A stretch of DNA of 64,000 nucleotides from Candidatus Latescibacterota bacterium (lineage in GTDB: Bacteria; Latescibacterota; UBA2968; UBA8231): contig CBDFJF010000001.1 in assembly GCA_965248265.1 (NCBI GenBank), forward strand, positions 1,440,001-1,504,000, given 5' to 3'. The notes below the pieces were generated by a model. The model was not told the DNA's origin. It made no database searches and worked only from the letters and a program-made list of their open reading frames with translations. Below are positions 1 through 10,293 of this stretch, one piece after another. A program made the translations under genes and the position numbers. The stretch's first letter is position 1, and each line of letters begins with the position of its first letter.

Positions 1-2013
1 ACGTAGGCTGGGCGAGGTTACGTGATCGCCCTGCTGGTATGTGCGACTCCACGCGCTCCAGCCACTGCCCACGGCAAAGGATGTATCGATGGGGCCTTTG
101 AACTTGTCGCGCAGATTATCCCAGTCTTCAAAGGTCTCCTTCTCGTTGCCCGAAGAGTCTAGGTAGCGGATGTTTTCCACCCGCAGATCGCCGGTGCGGG
201 TACGGATTTCTATTTCGGTGCCGGGCGGTTGCTCGTCGGGACCGGGACTCCAGCGGATGGCGCCCAGGTTGCGCGGTTCGGGCATGAGGATGATGTCCGA
301 GGTCATGCTTGCCTCGGCCACGTAGCCGGCCGAATACAACAAGATCTCACCAAGTTCGAAACCGTAGCCGCCGCTCCGGAGGTTGGTAGTTAGATTTCTC
401 ATCTCCAGGTAGCGCACCTTGAGCGGCGGCTCGTAGATGTCGGAGATGAAGGCGAACTGGTTGATCAAGTTGTCCTCCCGTTCCGAGGGACTGACATTGC
501 GCCACTTGAATGCTCCCGTTGCATCCCGTGTCCCGTCCGAGCCGCGCAGGATATACCCTTCTATATACGTACCGTCTTTTTTACTGACGCCACTGGCCGA
601 TGCAACGCGCATGTTGTCCAGCCACATCAGCGCCCCCAGATCTACCGTCATTACCCCCCGCGTATTGAAGGGAGACCAAACCAGGAACCTGAAGCTGGTG
701 CCAAAGTCGGCGTCGAAACCGGCTCCGCCCTTGTAGGGGCCGGTCACGTCCACGCTACCCCCTCTACCCAACACACCCGGTGAGAAGTTGTCGCCCCAGC
801 CCCATACCTCCACCTCGCTCAGCCGGGGCCGCTCGCGCACATAATGCTCCCGCTTGCCCTGACGCTCCGGACCCAGACTCTCGTAAATCTCCCGTGGCAC
901 CGGTTCCTCGAATCCGGCCTCGTCCCGGATGTAGTAGACGATTTCGCCTCGTTCCCCCACTGGCAGCTCCTCCCATACCTCCGGCGTCACCTGACGCCCC
1001 CGAAATCGCTTGCTGTCCGTCACCAACACCCGAATCGTCTGCACCATCCGCCCCGTCCATGACGGGTCCGTCCCTGGCTGGACAAACCGGGGCTCGCTTT
1101 GTGTAGTCAGTTCAAAAACCCGCTGCTCCGTGTTAGGCACAACCGTCCCGCCCACCACACTGAAGCTGCCCCACTGGTACTCGTTGGACGAGCCAAATTC
1201 GCTGTCCTTCGCCTCCAGCACCTGCTGCTCCGGCGAAGCCAGCACCCGAAACTGGCGAAAGGGATCCCCCAGGGCCTCATCGACGAAGTGCAGGACGACC
1301 TTCTCGACCACCACGACCCGGCCCAGGTCGATCTCCACCCACCAGTTGGCTGAAGTGTCCGCCAGATCCGGCTCCCAGTACGTCGACGGATCTCCATCGA
1401 AAATGTCGGCCGCGGAATCGATATTCGAACCGGCACGGCTGATGCCCGGACGTACGAAATAATCGTACTCGGGAAACATCTCTTTGGACTTGATCCCGAA
1501 GTTCTGCCGCGAGGTGCGCCCGGTGCGCTCGTTGCGCAGTGACAGTCTCACCTCATCGTCGCCCGTCATCGTCGTGTCCGTGATCGTGAACATCTCCCCG
1601 TCCAGGACGATCCGGGTGGCATTGCCTGGATAGCGGCCTAAGTCCGCATCCAGGTACTTGCCGATTCTCTCCTCCACCAGCTTGAGCTCCTCTGCCCTGG
1701 TACGAGCCAGCGTCCGTTCCACCGTGAGGATGGACCGGTCTGCCTTGCGGATCCTGGGCTTCTCGATGGGACGTACGAAGCTGTCCAGGTCCTCGGCCAG
1801 GATACTGTAGACGTGTCGGAAGAAGTGGGGTCGGATCTGCCCATCGACTAAATCAAGGATGTGTTCGGGCCGGCTCCATTGGGCCCAGTGCTCCGGGGTC
1901 TCGACAATGATCCGGGTGTCGGTGACGTCCGCCGACTGGGCCTGCGCCGGGGAAGCGCACAAACCCGCGATTGCCGCCCACACCAGTCCGATCCAAAGCC
2001 CTGCCCGCTGCAT
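1..2013 (-). CDS. Large secreted protein with discoidin/F5-8-like domain(s); runs off the left edge (at least 671 aa)
   Basis: Not in the ORF track. Manual translation is open from ATG 2013 to position 1. SD AAGGAGG at 2019-2025; signal peptide MQRAGLWIGLVWAAIAGLCASPAQA; discoidin-like motifs IFDGDPSTYWEP and WWVEIDLGR; EIRTRTGD and WSAWS near the edge. Confidence 0.85.
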   Translation of the reverse strand, partial: MQRAGLWIGLVWAAIAGLCASPAQAQSADVTDTRIIVETPEHWAQWSRPEHILDLVDGQIRPHFFRHVYSILAEDLDSFVRPIEKPRIRKADRSILTVERTLARTRAEELKLVEERIGKYLDADLGRYPGNATRIVLDGEMFTITDTTMTGDDEVRLSLRNERTGRTSRQNFGIKSKEMFPEYDYFVRPGISRAGSNIDSAADIFDGDPSTYWEPDLADTSANWWVEIDLGRVVVVEKVVLHFVDEALGDPFRQFRVLASPEQQVLEAKDSEFGSSNEYQWGSFSVVGGTVVPNTEQRVFELTTQSEPRFVQPGTDPSWTGRMVQTIRVLVTDSKRFRGRQVTPEVWEELPVGERGEIVYYIRDEAGFEEPVPREIYESLGPERQGKREHYVRERPRLSEVEVWGWGDNFSPGVLGRGGSVDVTGPYKGGAGFDADFGTSFRFLVWSPFNTRGVMTVDLGALMWLDNMRVASASGVSKKDGTYIEGYILRGSDGTRDATGAFKWRNVSPSEREDNLINQFAFISDIYEPPLKVRYLEMRNLTTNLRSGGYGFELGEILLYSAGYVAEASMTSDIILMPEPRNLGAIRWSPGPDEQPPGTEIEIRTRTGDLRVENIRYLDSSGNEKETFEDWDNLRDKFKGPIDTSFAVGSGWSAWSRTYQQGDHVTSPSLR

Positions 2014-2189
2014 GTGGTCCTCCTTGGACATCATGTTGCACCTCTCCATCTCTTCAGAGGGCAGGCTGCTCCTTCCCGTTGCCGAGCGCGGCGAACGACC
2101 GACCATCTGGCCCTTCTCTGCCGACAAAACGGCGGACACCAGTTGCGTTACCCGTATTTTGTCAGTGGAGTACATACAAGGACTACAAT

Positions 2190-2219
2190 ACAATAGGAAA
2201 AGACAGAATAGCGTGTCAA
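2190..2219 (-). promoter_or_regulatory. Putative sigma70 promoter for the leftward gene
   Basis: TTGACA-N18-TATTGT on the minus strand in an AT-rich divergent intergenic region. Confidence 0.45.
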
Positions 2220-2310
2220 CGATAGTTTCCGGCTCGAGAAGATATCATAACATTCTTATTTTTACGTAGTTATGCGCTGCAATTTGGACGATACGCCATC
2301 GCGGATTGCA

Positions 2311-2339
2311 TTGACGGTTTCCATCCATCTGACTACGCT
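2311..2339 (+). promoter_or_regulatory. Putative sigma70 promoter for the 2390 gene
   Basis: TTGACG-N17-TACGCT, about 50 nt before the start codon. Confidence 0.5.
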
Positions 2340-2389
2340 TCGCGCCCGTTCCCAGGGCCCCCGACCCGGAGACCCCGGTCTGAACGCGA

Positions 2390-4345
2390 ATGAGTGAGTC
2401 TTCCCCCCTCCAACCTACCCTTCGCGCACTGCTGATCGGCGCTGTGGGAGCGGCCGCCATCGGCGGTGGGGTGCCTTACTGTCATATGGTGCTCCACGGC
2501 TCCGTCCTCGCCTCCTATTTCAACACCCCCGCCGCCATCATCCTGTTCTTCTTCCTGGCGCTGTTTTTCAACACCTTCCTGGGGTTGCTGAGACGTTCGT
2601 GGATGCTGAACCGGGCCGAACTGGCTCTCGTCTACATCATGTGGATCGTCGCCACTGCCATTCCCGCAAAGGGCTTCACGGCCTTCCTGCTCCCCGACAT
2701 CACCAGCGTCGTCTACTACGCCACGCCCGAAAACGGTTGGCGCGAGCAGTTGCTGCCGCACATTCCGCAGTGGATCATGCCGTTCCGGCAGTTTGCCGAT
2801 GTCCAGGATTTCTACGAGGGCGCGCCTCTGGGGCAGGCCATACCGTGGGGCCGATGGATTCCATCGTTGATCTACTGGCTGTCCTTCATCACCGCCGTGT
2901 ACCTGGCCATGATTTCCATCACCGTCATCCTGCGCCGGCAGTGGGTCGAGCGCGAGCGGCTGGTTTATCCCCTGGTACAATTGCCCATCTCGATGATCCA
3001 CAACGAAGATGGTCGTCCATCGATCATCAGCCCCCTGTTCAAGAGCCCGGTGATGTGGATCGGCTTCGCCGTTCCCGCAATCCTTCAGACCCTCACAGGT
3101 CTCCACCACTACTACCCGAGTATCCCGGCATTTTCTTTTTACGGCCTCTCGGTTCCGCTCTTCCGCGACTCCGTGCACGTGCCCCTGAACCTGAGCTTCC
3201 AGATGCTCGGGTTCTCCTATTTCATCAGCCGTGAGATCGCCTTCGGCCTCTGTTTCTTCTACCTGCTCAACACCATCGAGCAGGGTGTCCTCAATGTGCT
3301 CGGCGTGCAGGAATTCGACTCGCTCCTGGCTGGCTACAGCGCCTACACCGGCCCCATTGTCGTGCACCAGGGATTCGGTGCCATCATCATGCTGGTCCTG
3401 TTCGGTCTGTGGATGGCCCGCAGCCATCTGCGCCAAGTTTTCACTAAAGCTTTCGGTCGGGGGCCGGAAGTAAATCAAATAGACGATAGTGACGAGATCC
3501 TCTCCTACCGGGCGGCAGTCTTGCTGCTTCTGGGCAGCCTCCTCTTCGTCGGCGTCTGGTTGTGGCAGTCGGGCCTGCCGGGTTGGATCACGCCGATTTA
3601 CCTGTTTTTCGCTTTCGTCCTCTTCATCGGCATCACCCGAGTCGTCGCCGAAGGTGGGCTGGCCTTCATCTTCCCCCCCATGATCGCCTCCGATTTCGTC
3701 ACGGCGGGATTCGGCACGAGGGCTCTTGGGGAGTCCGGTATCATGGCCCTGGCTTTCACCTACATCTGGGCCAGCGATATACTGACCTTCGTCATGGCAT
3801 CCTCGGCCAATGCCCTGAAGCTGGCCGCAGAGACTATAAAAAAGGGCGTGCGGTTGGTTTTCTGGGCCATGCTTGTGTCGATTATCGTCACCCTGTGCAG
3901 TTCGGTGTGGGCGATCATCGAGGTGAGTTACCACTACGGCGGCATCAACGCGGACGTCTTTTTCCTGGGGTCAGCCCAGATGCCGTTCAATGTTGCCGCG
4001 GCCCGCCTGGGGTCGATCGAAGGCCCACACTGGCAGAACTGGGTCTATACCGGCATCGGCGCCACCGTCATGGGCTTACTGATGCTGGCCCGGCAACGCT
4101 TCTCGTGGTGGCCCATTCACCCGCTGGGTTTTCCAACATCCGCCGTTTTCGGCACCATGTTCTTCAGCGTCTTCCTGGCCTGGCTCCTCAAGAGTATCGT
4201 GATCAGGTACGGTGGACCCCAACTCTACCTGCGCAGCCGCCCCTTCTTCCTGGGGCTGATCCTGGGCCAGTTCGTCACCGCCGGCATCTGGTACGGGATT
4301 GACTACATAGTGGGCGGGAGTCACAACCAGGTGATGACGTTCTGA
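2390..4345 (+). CDS. Polytopic membrane protein, DUF6785/DUF6784-like (putative peptide/solute transporter)
   Basis: 651 aa with many TM segments; motifs LRRQWVERERLVYPLVQLP, WWPIHPLG and PFFLGLILG. Confidence 0.75.
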   Translation: MSESSPLQPTLRALLIGAVGAAAIGGGVPYCHMVLHGSVLASYFNTPAAIILFFFLALFFNTFLGLLRRSWMLNRAELALVYIMWIVATAIPAKGFTAFLLPDITSVVYYATPENGWREQLLPHIPQWIMPFRQFADVQDFYEGAPLGQAIPWGRWIPSLIYWLSFITAVYLAMISITVILRRQWVERERLVYPLVQLPISMIHNEDGRPSIISPLFKSPVMWIGFAVPAILQTLTGLHHYYPSIPAFSFYGLSVPLFRDSVHVPLNLSFQMLGFSYFISREIAFGLCFFYLLNTIEQGVLNVLGVQEFDSLLAGYSAYTGPIVVHQGFGAIIMLVLFGLWMARSHLRQVFTKAFGRGPEVNQIDDSDEILSYRAAVLLLLGSLLFVGVWLWQSGLPGWITPIYLFFAFVLFIGITRVVAEGGLAFIFPPMIASDFVTAGFGTRALGESGIMALAFTYIWASDILTFVMASSANALKLAAETIKKGVRLVFWAMLVSIIVTLCSSVWAIIEVSYHYGGINADVFFLGSAQMPFNVAAARLGSIEGPHWQNWVYTGIGATVMGLLMLARQRFSWWPIHPLGFPTSAVFGTMFFSVFLAWLLKSIVIRYGGPQLYLRSRPFFLGLILGQFVTAGIWYGIDYIVGGSHNQVMTF

Positions 4346-4379
4346 TGCCGCCGCAACCTCAACCGATCAGGTGATGCTC

Positions 4380-4745
4380 ATGGACAAGATCGATTTCCGC
4401 GAAAAGCTCGAGTTGTTCGACCAGTACTGGGTTCCCAAGATTGTCGGCGAAGTGAACGATCAGTACGTCAAGGTGGCCAAAGCGAAAGGATCCATGGATT
4501 GGCACAGCCATCAGCAAGAGGATGAACTGTTTCTGGTTTTACACGGCGTACTGCGACTCGAACTCAGGGACCAAACCATTGAACTGTCTCCTGGAGAGTG
4601 TTTCATCGTGCCACGGGGTGTCGAGCACAAGCCGATCGCCACGGAAGAGACCCATTTCGTTCTCGTGGAACCCAAGGCGACGGTAAACACCGGAAATCTG
4701 CAATCCGAGCAGACCATCGACGTCGAGGACCTGGAGTGGATCTGA
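4380..4745 (+). CDS. Cupin domain protein
   Basis: WHSHQQEDELFLV...PGECFIVPRGVEHKP cupin motifs; AGGTG SD before ATG 4380. Confidence 0.85.
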   Translation: MDKIDFREKLELFDQYWVPKIVGEVNDQYVKVAKAKGSMDWHSHQQEDELFLVLHGVLRLELRDQTIELSPGECFIVPRGVEHKPIATEETHFVLVEPKATVNTGNLQSEQTIDVEDLEWI

Positions 4746-4752
4746 GCGACCT

Positions 4753-6615
4753 TCAGTCCCTCTTCTCTCCTACCAACTTTACCGACTTCCAGATGCCGCC
4801 ATACCACGCGCGGTCGCGGACGCGAACAGCCAGGGTGTTCTTCTCACCGATGCGCACTGCATCACCGAGGGCGATCTCGAAACGCTTGTCCCATCCCCAA
4901 TCATTGAGATCATGCTCGCCGATCAGCACGCCGTTGAGGTAGACCCAGGCCGATTCATCAACCGCGCCGAATGAGAGCGCCAGTTTGTAGCCCTGCGCTG
5001 CTGCCGGTACGTCGAAATCGACGCGATACCAGGCGACGCCGTCGTACTGATGGCCCTGCGGTTCCCACCATTCGCCGATCTTGATCGGTTGGTATTGCGT
5101 CTTGTCAACGACAACGCCGCCCCAGTCCTGCTGCTGCCCTTCATCTTTGAAGTCAAGCCTGAACCGCCAGACTTTCGGCAAATCGACGATGAAGTCATGC
5201 GTCTGCCACAGCTCGCCGAAGGTAGCCTCGTCGTCGTAGCCTGGTTGATCGACCGCACGCCGGTCGAGGGCCGGCATGGTCCGTCCCGCCACTTCTGCCG
5301 GCCCCGACATGCCGACTGCCTCTGCACTCCTGCTGTCGACGACAGAAAGGTTAACATTGACGCCACGCGGCTCCGAAGCGATGCGAGCGCCGTGTCTGTT
5401 GTGCACCGTGATCGCGCCAACGACATCGTCACCGTAATCGTTGCCCCGCAGTGTCATGACCTGAACGGTCGGACCCGTTTTCTCCTCGTACACCGAGCAG
5501 TTCACGAACTCGATGCTGCCCGTACCCGTCGCCGACGGCTCTTGCATATTGAGCACCACCGCCGTGCCCTGCGAGTCGATCCAGTTGCAGCCGACGAAGC
5601 GGATGTTCAAGTGGCCGACCGAATGACCATAGACGTTGGCCCCTGCCTGCCCGCTGTTCTCCGACAGGCAGTTGATGAACTCGATCGTACCTGGTGGGCC
5701 TTCATCACCCGGCACCCGCACGCACATCCCGGAATCGCCGCCCGTACCCGGTTTGGTCATCCGGCTGATACAGTTCTCGAAGCGAATCGAAATCGGGGGA
5801 CTGTCGGCGGTGATGCGATCGTGAGCACGAACAAACATCCCGTGTCCGGCGTTATCCTCGAAAAGACAGTTGCGGAAGACACAGTTGACCAGCAACTGTG
5901 TCGGGTTGTCCGGCTCGTAGTCGATACCGGCTGATGGCCCGGTGCCCTCCGTTCCCGAGAAGACACAATTCTCCACCAGCAGGTTCTTGGCGTCGGTCAC
6001 GCTGATCCCCTGCCGGTGGTTGTCGTGCGAAACGCAGTCGCGGATCACGATGTCTTCGCTGCTTCGGCCCGCGCCGGATCCGATGTAGATCCCGTCGCCG
6101 CCGCTGCTTTCAATTCGAAGACCTTCGACGTGTATCCTCCTGCTGCCCTCAATTTTCAGTCCGTGCTTCCACTCCTCCTTCGGTGGATAGGGCGGGTTGC
6201 GATAATCCCTCTTCCGCATCCGTAGAGTTGCGCCGTAGCCGCGAATGGTGATATCCGACAAACCGATTGCGGTCAGGAGACAATCCCATCGCTCCTTGAA
6301 TTCCCCCTTCTTGGCCAGCACCAGGACGCCGGGCTCGAAAACCAGTTCCAGATTGCTGCGCAGGAAAATCGGCCGCACAACCCACGGCTTGCCCATGAAG
6401 GGAACGATGACCGTCTTCGCCTTCGAGTTGATCGCCGCCTGCAGCGCCTCGGTGGCATCCTCGCTGTCGAACCCCCACCAGGAAGCGTTGGCTACCGCCA
6501 GTTCGCCAGCGGCCACCTCCGCAACGGCTTCAGGATTCTCCCCTTTACCGGGAACGACGCCAGCCCAGCAAGTACCCGCGACCATGAACCCGATAAGCAC
6601 CGGCACGATCTTCAT
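4753..6615 (-). CDS. Secreted right-handed beta-helix protein with a C-terminal GH2-type sugar-binding jelly-roll
   Basis: Signal peptide MKIVPVLIGFMVAGTCWA (AGGAG SD); GGDGIYIG, NHRQGISV, AGIDYEP; C-terminal YDGVAWYR, FGAVDESAWVYLNG and GGIWKSV. Confidence 0.8.
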   Translation of the reverse strand: MKIVPVLIGFMVAGTCWAGVVPGKGENPEAVAEVAAGELAVANASWWGFDSEDATEALQAAINSKAKTVIVPFMGKPWVVRPIFLRSNLELVFEPGVLVLAKKGEFKERWDCLLTAIGLSDITIRGYGATLRMRKRDYRNPPYPPKEEWKHGLKIEGSRRIHVEGLRIESSGGDGIYIGSGAGRSSEDIVIRDCVSHDNHRQGISVTDAKNLLVENCVFSGTEGTGPSAGIDYEPDNPTQLLVNCVFRNCLFEDNAGHGMFVRAHDRITADSPPISIRFENCISRMTKPGTGGDSGMCVRVPGDEGPPGTIEFINCLSENSGQAGANVYGHSVGHLNIRFVGCNWIDSQGTAVVLNMQEPSATGTGSIEFVNCSVYEEKTGPTVQVMTLRGNDYGDDVVGAITVHNRHGARIASEPRGVNVNLSVVDSRSAEAVGMSGPAEVAGRTMPALDRRAVDQPGYDDEATFGELWQTHDFIVDLPKVWRFRLDFKDEGQQQDWGGVVVDKTQYQPIKIGEWWEPQGHQYDGVAWYRVDFDVPAAAQGYKLALSFGAVDESAWVYLNGVLIGEHDLNDWGWDKRFEIALGDAVRIGEKNTLAVRVRDRAWYGGIWKSVKLVGEKRD

Positions 6616-6708
6616 ATCGTCCATCTCCTGATTGGTGGTGAAACCGCAATAAAGGTCACCATCTAGGCCTCCATGGAGGGGGCCCATGCTCTCGTATAGG
6701 ACAACTCG

Positions 6709-8814
6709 TTACCGTTCGCCGCTGTGCACGACAGCGACGCCCCAGGGCTCGATTTCTAACTCGAAGCCGCCGTCCTGCAGCGCCAGCTCAGATTCATTGA
6801 TGAGATCCTGGACGCTGCCGCTCTGCCAGCGGGGCTGCAGCCGTACGCGAACGGGAACGCGTTCCAAATTAAAGGCAAATACCAGCCAGCCCCCGGCAGC
6901 CGATCGCCGTGATACCACGGAGACTTCTCCCTGCCCCAGCACGGCCACCTGCGGCTTGATGCCGGCCTCCTCAGTCAGTCCTGAAACGATTGTTCGCTCG
7001 GCCACATCACCGAAACCGGTAGACAAGGTCAAGCCCAACCAGATGAAACGTCCGTCGGCACTGCGTACCCCAACCGTTTCATCGCCCAGCCAGGCAATCG
7101 CCACAGTGTCCTGCTGCGGTTCCAGGACGGCATAGCCACACGGGGAAACTATGGGCACCTGGCCGTATGGAGTCTGCAGCACATTTCTGCCGGCGCCGAT
7201 ATCGACCTCCGTTACCGCTGAGAAATCGGCCACCCGGACCCCCAGGCGATCACTCAGACCCTCGGGTGGCCCATAGCTCGACTGGCCATCCGACCCATAG
7301 AGACCAAAATTTCCCTCTGCGACCAACCTTGTCTGTGGGCTGTCATCCAGTGTCCGCTCGATCCGCGAGAGCAGCGAATCGCTCATCAGCGCCGCATTGG
7401 GAAGGAACAACAACCGGTAGCCCGACCAATCCATCGCCGGCGTAAGGATGTCGGCATTGATACCGGCGCGCCATAGAGTCCGGTAGACCCCGAGCAGATC
7501 CGTGTTGAAGCGCTGGGCTTGGTCGTTGAAGCCGAATAGCTCCTGGGATTGGGCATCATAGACGATGCCGACCTCGGCGCGCGGACACTCCAACGGCAGA
7601 TGATCGCTCATGCCTTCGATCCGCGCTACCGCTTCCTTTACCGCCTCGAAGCGCGGTGTCGAAGCACCGTCCAGCGCCGCCAGGTTGTACCCCGGCGACT
7701 CAAAGCTCAGGTACTCGGGCCGGTACTGCCAGAACATGGCTCCGGCAGCACCGCCGGCCAGCGACATCCACAGTAGCGCCGTCAGCTCGCACGGGTCCGA
7801 TTGCTTGTTCCAGGTGACCCCGCCCCGTGCCATGCCGGCGTAGATTTCCTCATTCCACCAGCGCCCGTTGACCCCCATGGCTCGGGCGATGTCGAAGCTA
7901 AAAGCCCGGTCCGCGATAACACTGGGATCTTTTGAGGTTAATAGATTGTTCGACGACATCGACATGCCCCAGCTGTCTACTTCCCTCGCGCACATCTCGT
8001 CCCAGGGTCTGGGCATGTTGCCGGAATGGGCTCTGACCTCGGTTGTGGGGTCGATCGCACGGGTCTCTTCCACCATCCACTTCAGCTTCTCGATCAGATT
8101 CTCATAGTGGAAACGGCGGTAGACGAGCATCTCGAGAACGGTGTTGTTGTTGCGCGGTGGCTCCACATCCTCCCAGTTGCAGTAACGTCGCTGGAAACGC
8201 TGGTTGAGGTCCTCGATTGAGAATCGTTCCTGCAACCACGCCTTGTACTGCGCCTGGGTGTAATCGCAAAAACACAGCGTGTTGGGGACGGCCTTCGTAC
8301 CTGTATCGATCGGACTGACGCCATCCCACAGGCCCCAGATCAGCAGATTGTCGCGGTCCTTGTAACGCGACACCACATGGCGCAGTAGCTCACCGCCGTG
8401 TTCAAGCCAGGCCGGATGGTCGTAGCAGTGCATGATGCCGCCCTGCGGGTACGCCGGATGCGCGCGCGCCACCGTCGGCTGGCCCTGCGGGTTGACGGAG
8501 CGGATATCGGGATGCTTCCGCATCAGCCACTCGGGGCAAGACCCGTGCGTGGCCAGCGTGATGTCCAGCCACACGTAGAGGTCGTGCTTCGCCGCCAGAT
8601 CGAACAGCCGGTCAAAGTCATCCAACCGGTACACGCCCTTCTGTGGCTCCATCCAGTTCCAGTAGGAGAAGCTGCGCACGACGCGCAGGCCGGCGTCGCG
8701 AATTCGGGCGAAATCCTCGTCCCACACTTCCTGTTTCGGCGTGGGGGCCCGGTAGTACTCGACGCCGATCGGAAACGGCGTATCGGGGTGGAGCTTGAAA
8801 CGGGTCTCTGACAA
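6709..8814 (-). CDS. Beta-galactosidase-like glycoside hydrolase (GH42-like) with trimerisation domain
   Basis: GVEYYRAP, WEEDF-like WDEDF, WNWMEPQKG, AMFWQYRPE; 701 aa. Confidence 0.8.
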   Translation of the reverse strand: MSETRFKLHPDTPFPIGVEYYRAPTPKQEVWDEDFARIRDAGLRVVRSFSYWNWMEPQKGVYRLDDFDRLFDLAAKHDLYVWLDITLATHGSCPEWLMRKHPDIRSVNPQGQPTVARAHPAYPQGGIMHCYDHPAWLEHGGELLRHVVSRYKDRDNLLIWGLWDGVSPIDTGTKAVPNTLCFCDYTQAQYKAWLQERFSIEDLNQRFQRRYCNWEDVEPPRNNNTVLEMLVYRRFHYENLIEKLKWMVEETRAIDPTTEVRAHSGNMPRPWDEMCAREVDSWGMSMSSNNLLTSKDPSVIADRAFSFDIARAMGVNGRWWNEEIYAGMARGGVTWNKQSDPCELTALLWMSLAGGAAGAMFWQYRPEYLSFESPGYNLAALDGASTPRFEAVKEAVARIEGMSDHLPLECPRAEVGIVYDAQSQELFGFNDQAQRFNTDLLGVYRTLWRAGINADILTPAMDWSGYRLLFLPNAALMSDSLLSRIERTLDDSPQTRLVAEGNFGLYGSDGQSSYGPPEGLSDRLGVRVADFSAVTEVDIGAGRNVLQTPYGQVPIVSPCGYAVLEPQQDTVAIAWLGDETVGVRSADGRFIWLGLTLSTGFGDVAERTIVSGLTEEAGIKPQVAVLGQGEVSVVSRRSAAGGWLVFAFNLERVPVRVRLQPRWQSGSVQDLINESELALQDGGFELEIEPWGVAVVHSGER

Positions 8815-8843
8815 TTCCTATTCTCCAGTTCGCTTTTCGGCTG

Positions 8844-10268
8844 CTACGCTTCCCAGGTCCGTTCCCACCGAGCATAAATGCCACGCGCTTCGCCTCCCTT
8901 GGTATCGAGGCACACCGCCAACCGGTTCGTGCCGTGTCTGGATTCGAGACGCAACGACGTCGTGTCCTGTACCGCCGGAGAGCTGCCGGGACCATCGAAG
9001 ACCTCTCTCCCATTCCACCACACCTTCACCGGACCGTCGTAGCCGAGATGTACGTCGACGAGGTCCCACGGTCCCACCTCGATGTCCTTGACGAAGTAGA
9101 TCAACCCGCCGCGGTCGCCGATGACCTTGCTGGCATCGATGAAGTTGTGGCCCAGTGTATGAGGGGTACCGTCGTCCGGGATGCGCACGGGGCGAAACTT
9201 CAGAGCTCCCGAATCAGGATCCTGTTCAACGGCCTCTTCCAGACCGCGAGGGGCCTCTACCAGATCGCTGACCAGCATCTCATCGATGAAATCGGCCCCG
9301 AACAGGACATCAGCCACATAGATGTCGGGTTTGATCCACTGATCCAGCTCCGGGTCTTCGTTGGCGATGGCATTGCCGTAGAAACTGAGGGCGAAGCGAT
9401 GGCTGTTGTCCGGCCACCGGGCCACACCCATGTAGGAGTTGTCCGGGTGTGGACCCGAGGGCAGCACGCAGATCAAGAAACACTCACCGTCGATGACCCT
9501 GAAGACACCCGTGTGCGCCGCATGGTCTTCTTCTTCATGTATGCGGATATCGATCGGATCCCAGCGGCCGGAGATATAGACCTGGCCATCGACCGTCCAC
9601 ACAGCGGGCCCGGTCAGGCGCACATCCAGCTGTTGAATCTCCCACTCATCGAACGGGTAGCTGCTGAAACACAGTTTGGGTTTCTTCAACCCGCATTCCA
9701 GGCGCATCAGCATCGTCGCCGTGCCGTCTGGCAGGATCTCGAGGTAGCACTCGTCTGGATGCTCCTCTTCTGAATCATTGATCGCTCGCACGTTGACCCA
9801 GTTGCGGCCATCTTCGCTCTCGAACCAGTACACGCCGTACGGCGAAGTGTGATGGTATCCGGCGCAGTAGTGCTTGCCTCTGTGCCATACGGGACGCCAC
9901 ATCACGATGTTGTCAGTCCCTTCGTACGGCTGCCAGGGCGTCCAGTGATCTCCGTCCTCGGTGACGGCACACCCCGACAGCACGGGGTGCCTGTCATTGG
10001 GCACGACCTGGCAGGTGCAGTACAACCTGCTGCCGTCCGTATAGAGATGCGCGTCGCGCGTGTCGTCGTCACCGCGCAGCACAGCCAGGGTGTCCCAGGT
10101 GACGCCCGCGTCCCGGCTGCGCTGGACGATCACGCGACCTGAGTCGTCCTGCCAATGGACATCGCCTTGTCGATAGCCGACGTAGAGATCCCCCTTGAAC
10201 CAGCATGCTCCCGTGAACGCATTGTGCCGGCGGTCATTCGTGATGCGCCGGGTGCTCAAAACCTTCAT
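8844..10268 (-). CDS. Asp-box (BNR) beta-propeller, sialidase-like, with C-terminal beta-sandwich; copy A
   Basis: Start MKVLSTRR with GGAGGAG SD; HNAFTG; Asp boxes SRDAGVTWD, TEDGDHWT and SEDGRNW. Confidence 0.8.
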   Translation of the reverse strand: MKVLSTRRITNDRRHNAFTGACWFKGDLYVGYRQGDVHWQDDSGRVIVQRSRDAGVTWDTLAVLRGDDDTRDAHLYTDGSRLYCTCQVVPNDRHPVLSGCAVTEDGDHWTPWQPYEGTDNIVMWRPVWHRGKHYCAGYHHTSPYGVYWFESEDGRNWVNVRAINDSEEEHPDECYLEILPDGTATMLMRLECGLKKPKLCFSSYPFDEWEIQQLDVRLTGPAVWTVDGQVYISGRWDPIDIRIHEEEDHAAHTGVFRVIDGECFLICVLPSGPHPDNSYMGVARWPDNSHRFALSFYGNAIANEDPELDQWIKPDIYVADVLFGADFIDEMLVSDLVEAPRGLEEAVEQDPDSGALKFRPVRIPDDGTPHTLGHNFIDASKVIGDRGGLIYFVKDIEVGPWDLVDVHLGYDGPVKVWWNGREVFDGPGSSPAVQDTTSLRLESRHGTNRLAVCLDTKGGEARGIYARWERTWEA

Positions 10269-10293
10269 GACAATGGACTCCTCCGTGTGGCCT

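Noticed and set aside
437-2269. Many short ORFs in the first 2.3 kb
   Set aside because: Shadows of the real minus-strand gene 1..2013, or intergenic; no motifs.
2333-3934. 533-aa minus-strand ORF
   Set aside because: Antisense shadow of the membrane protein; common in GC-rich DNA.
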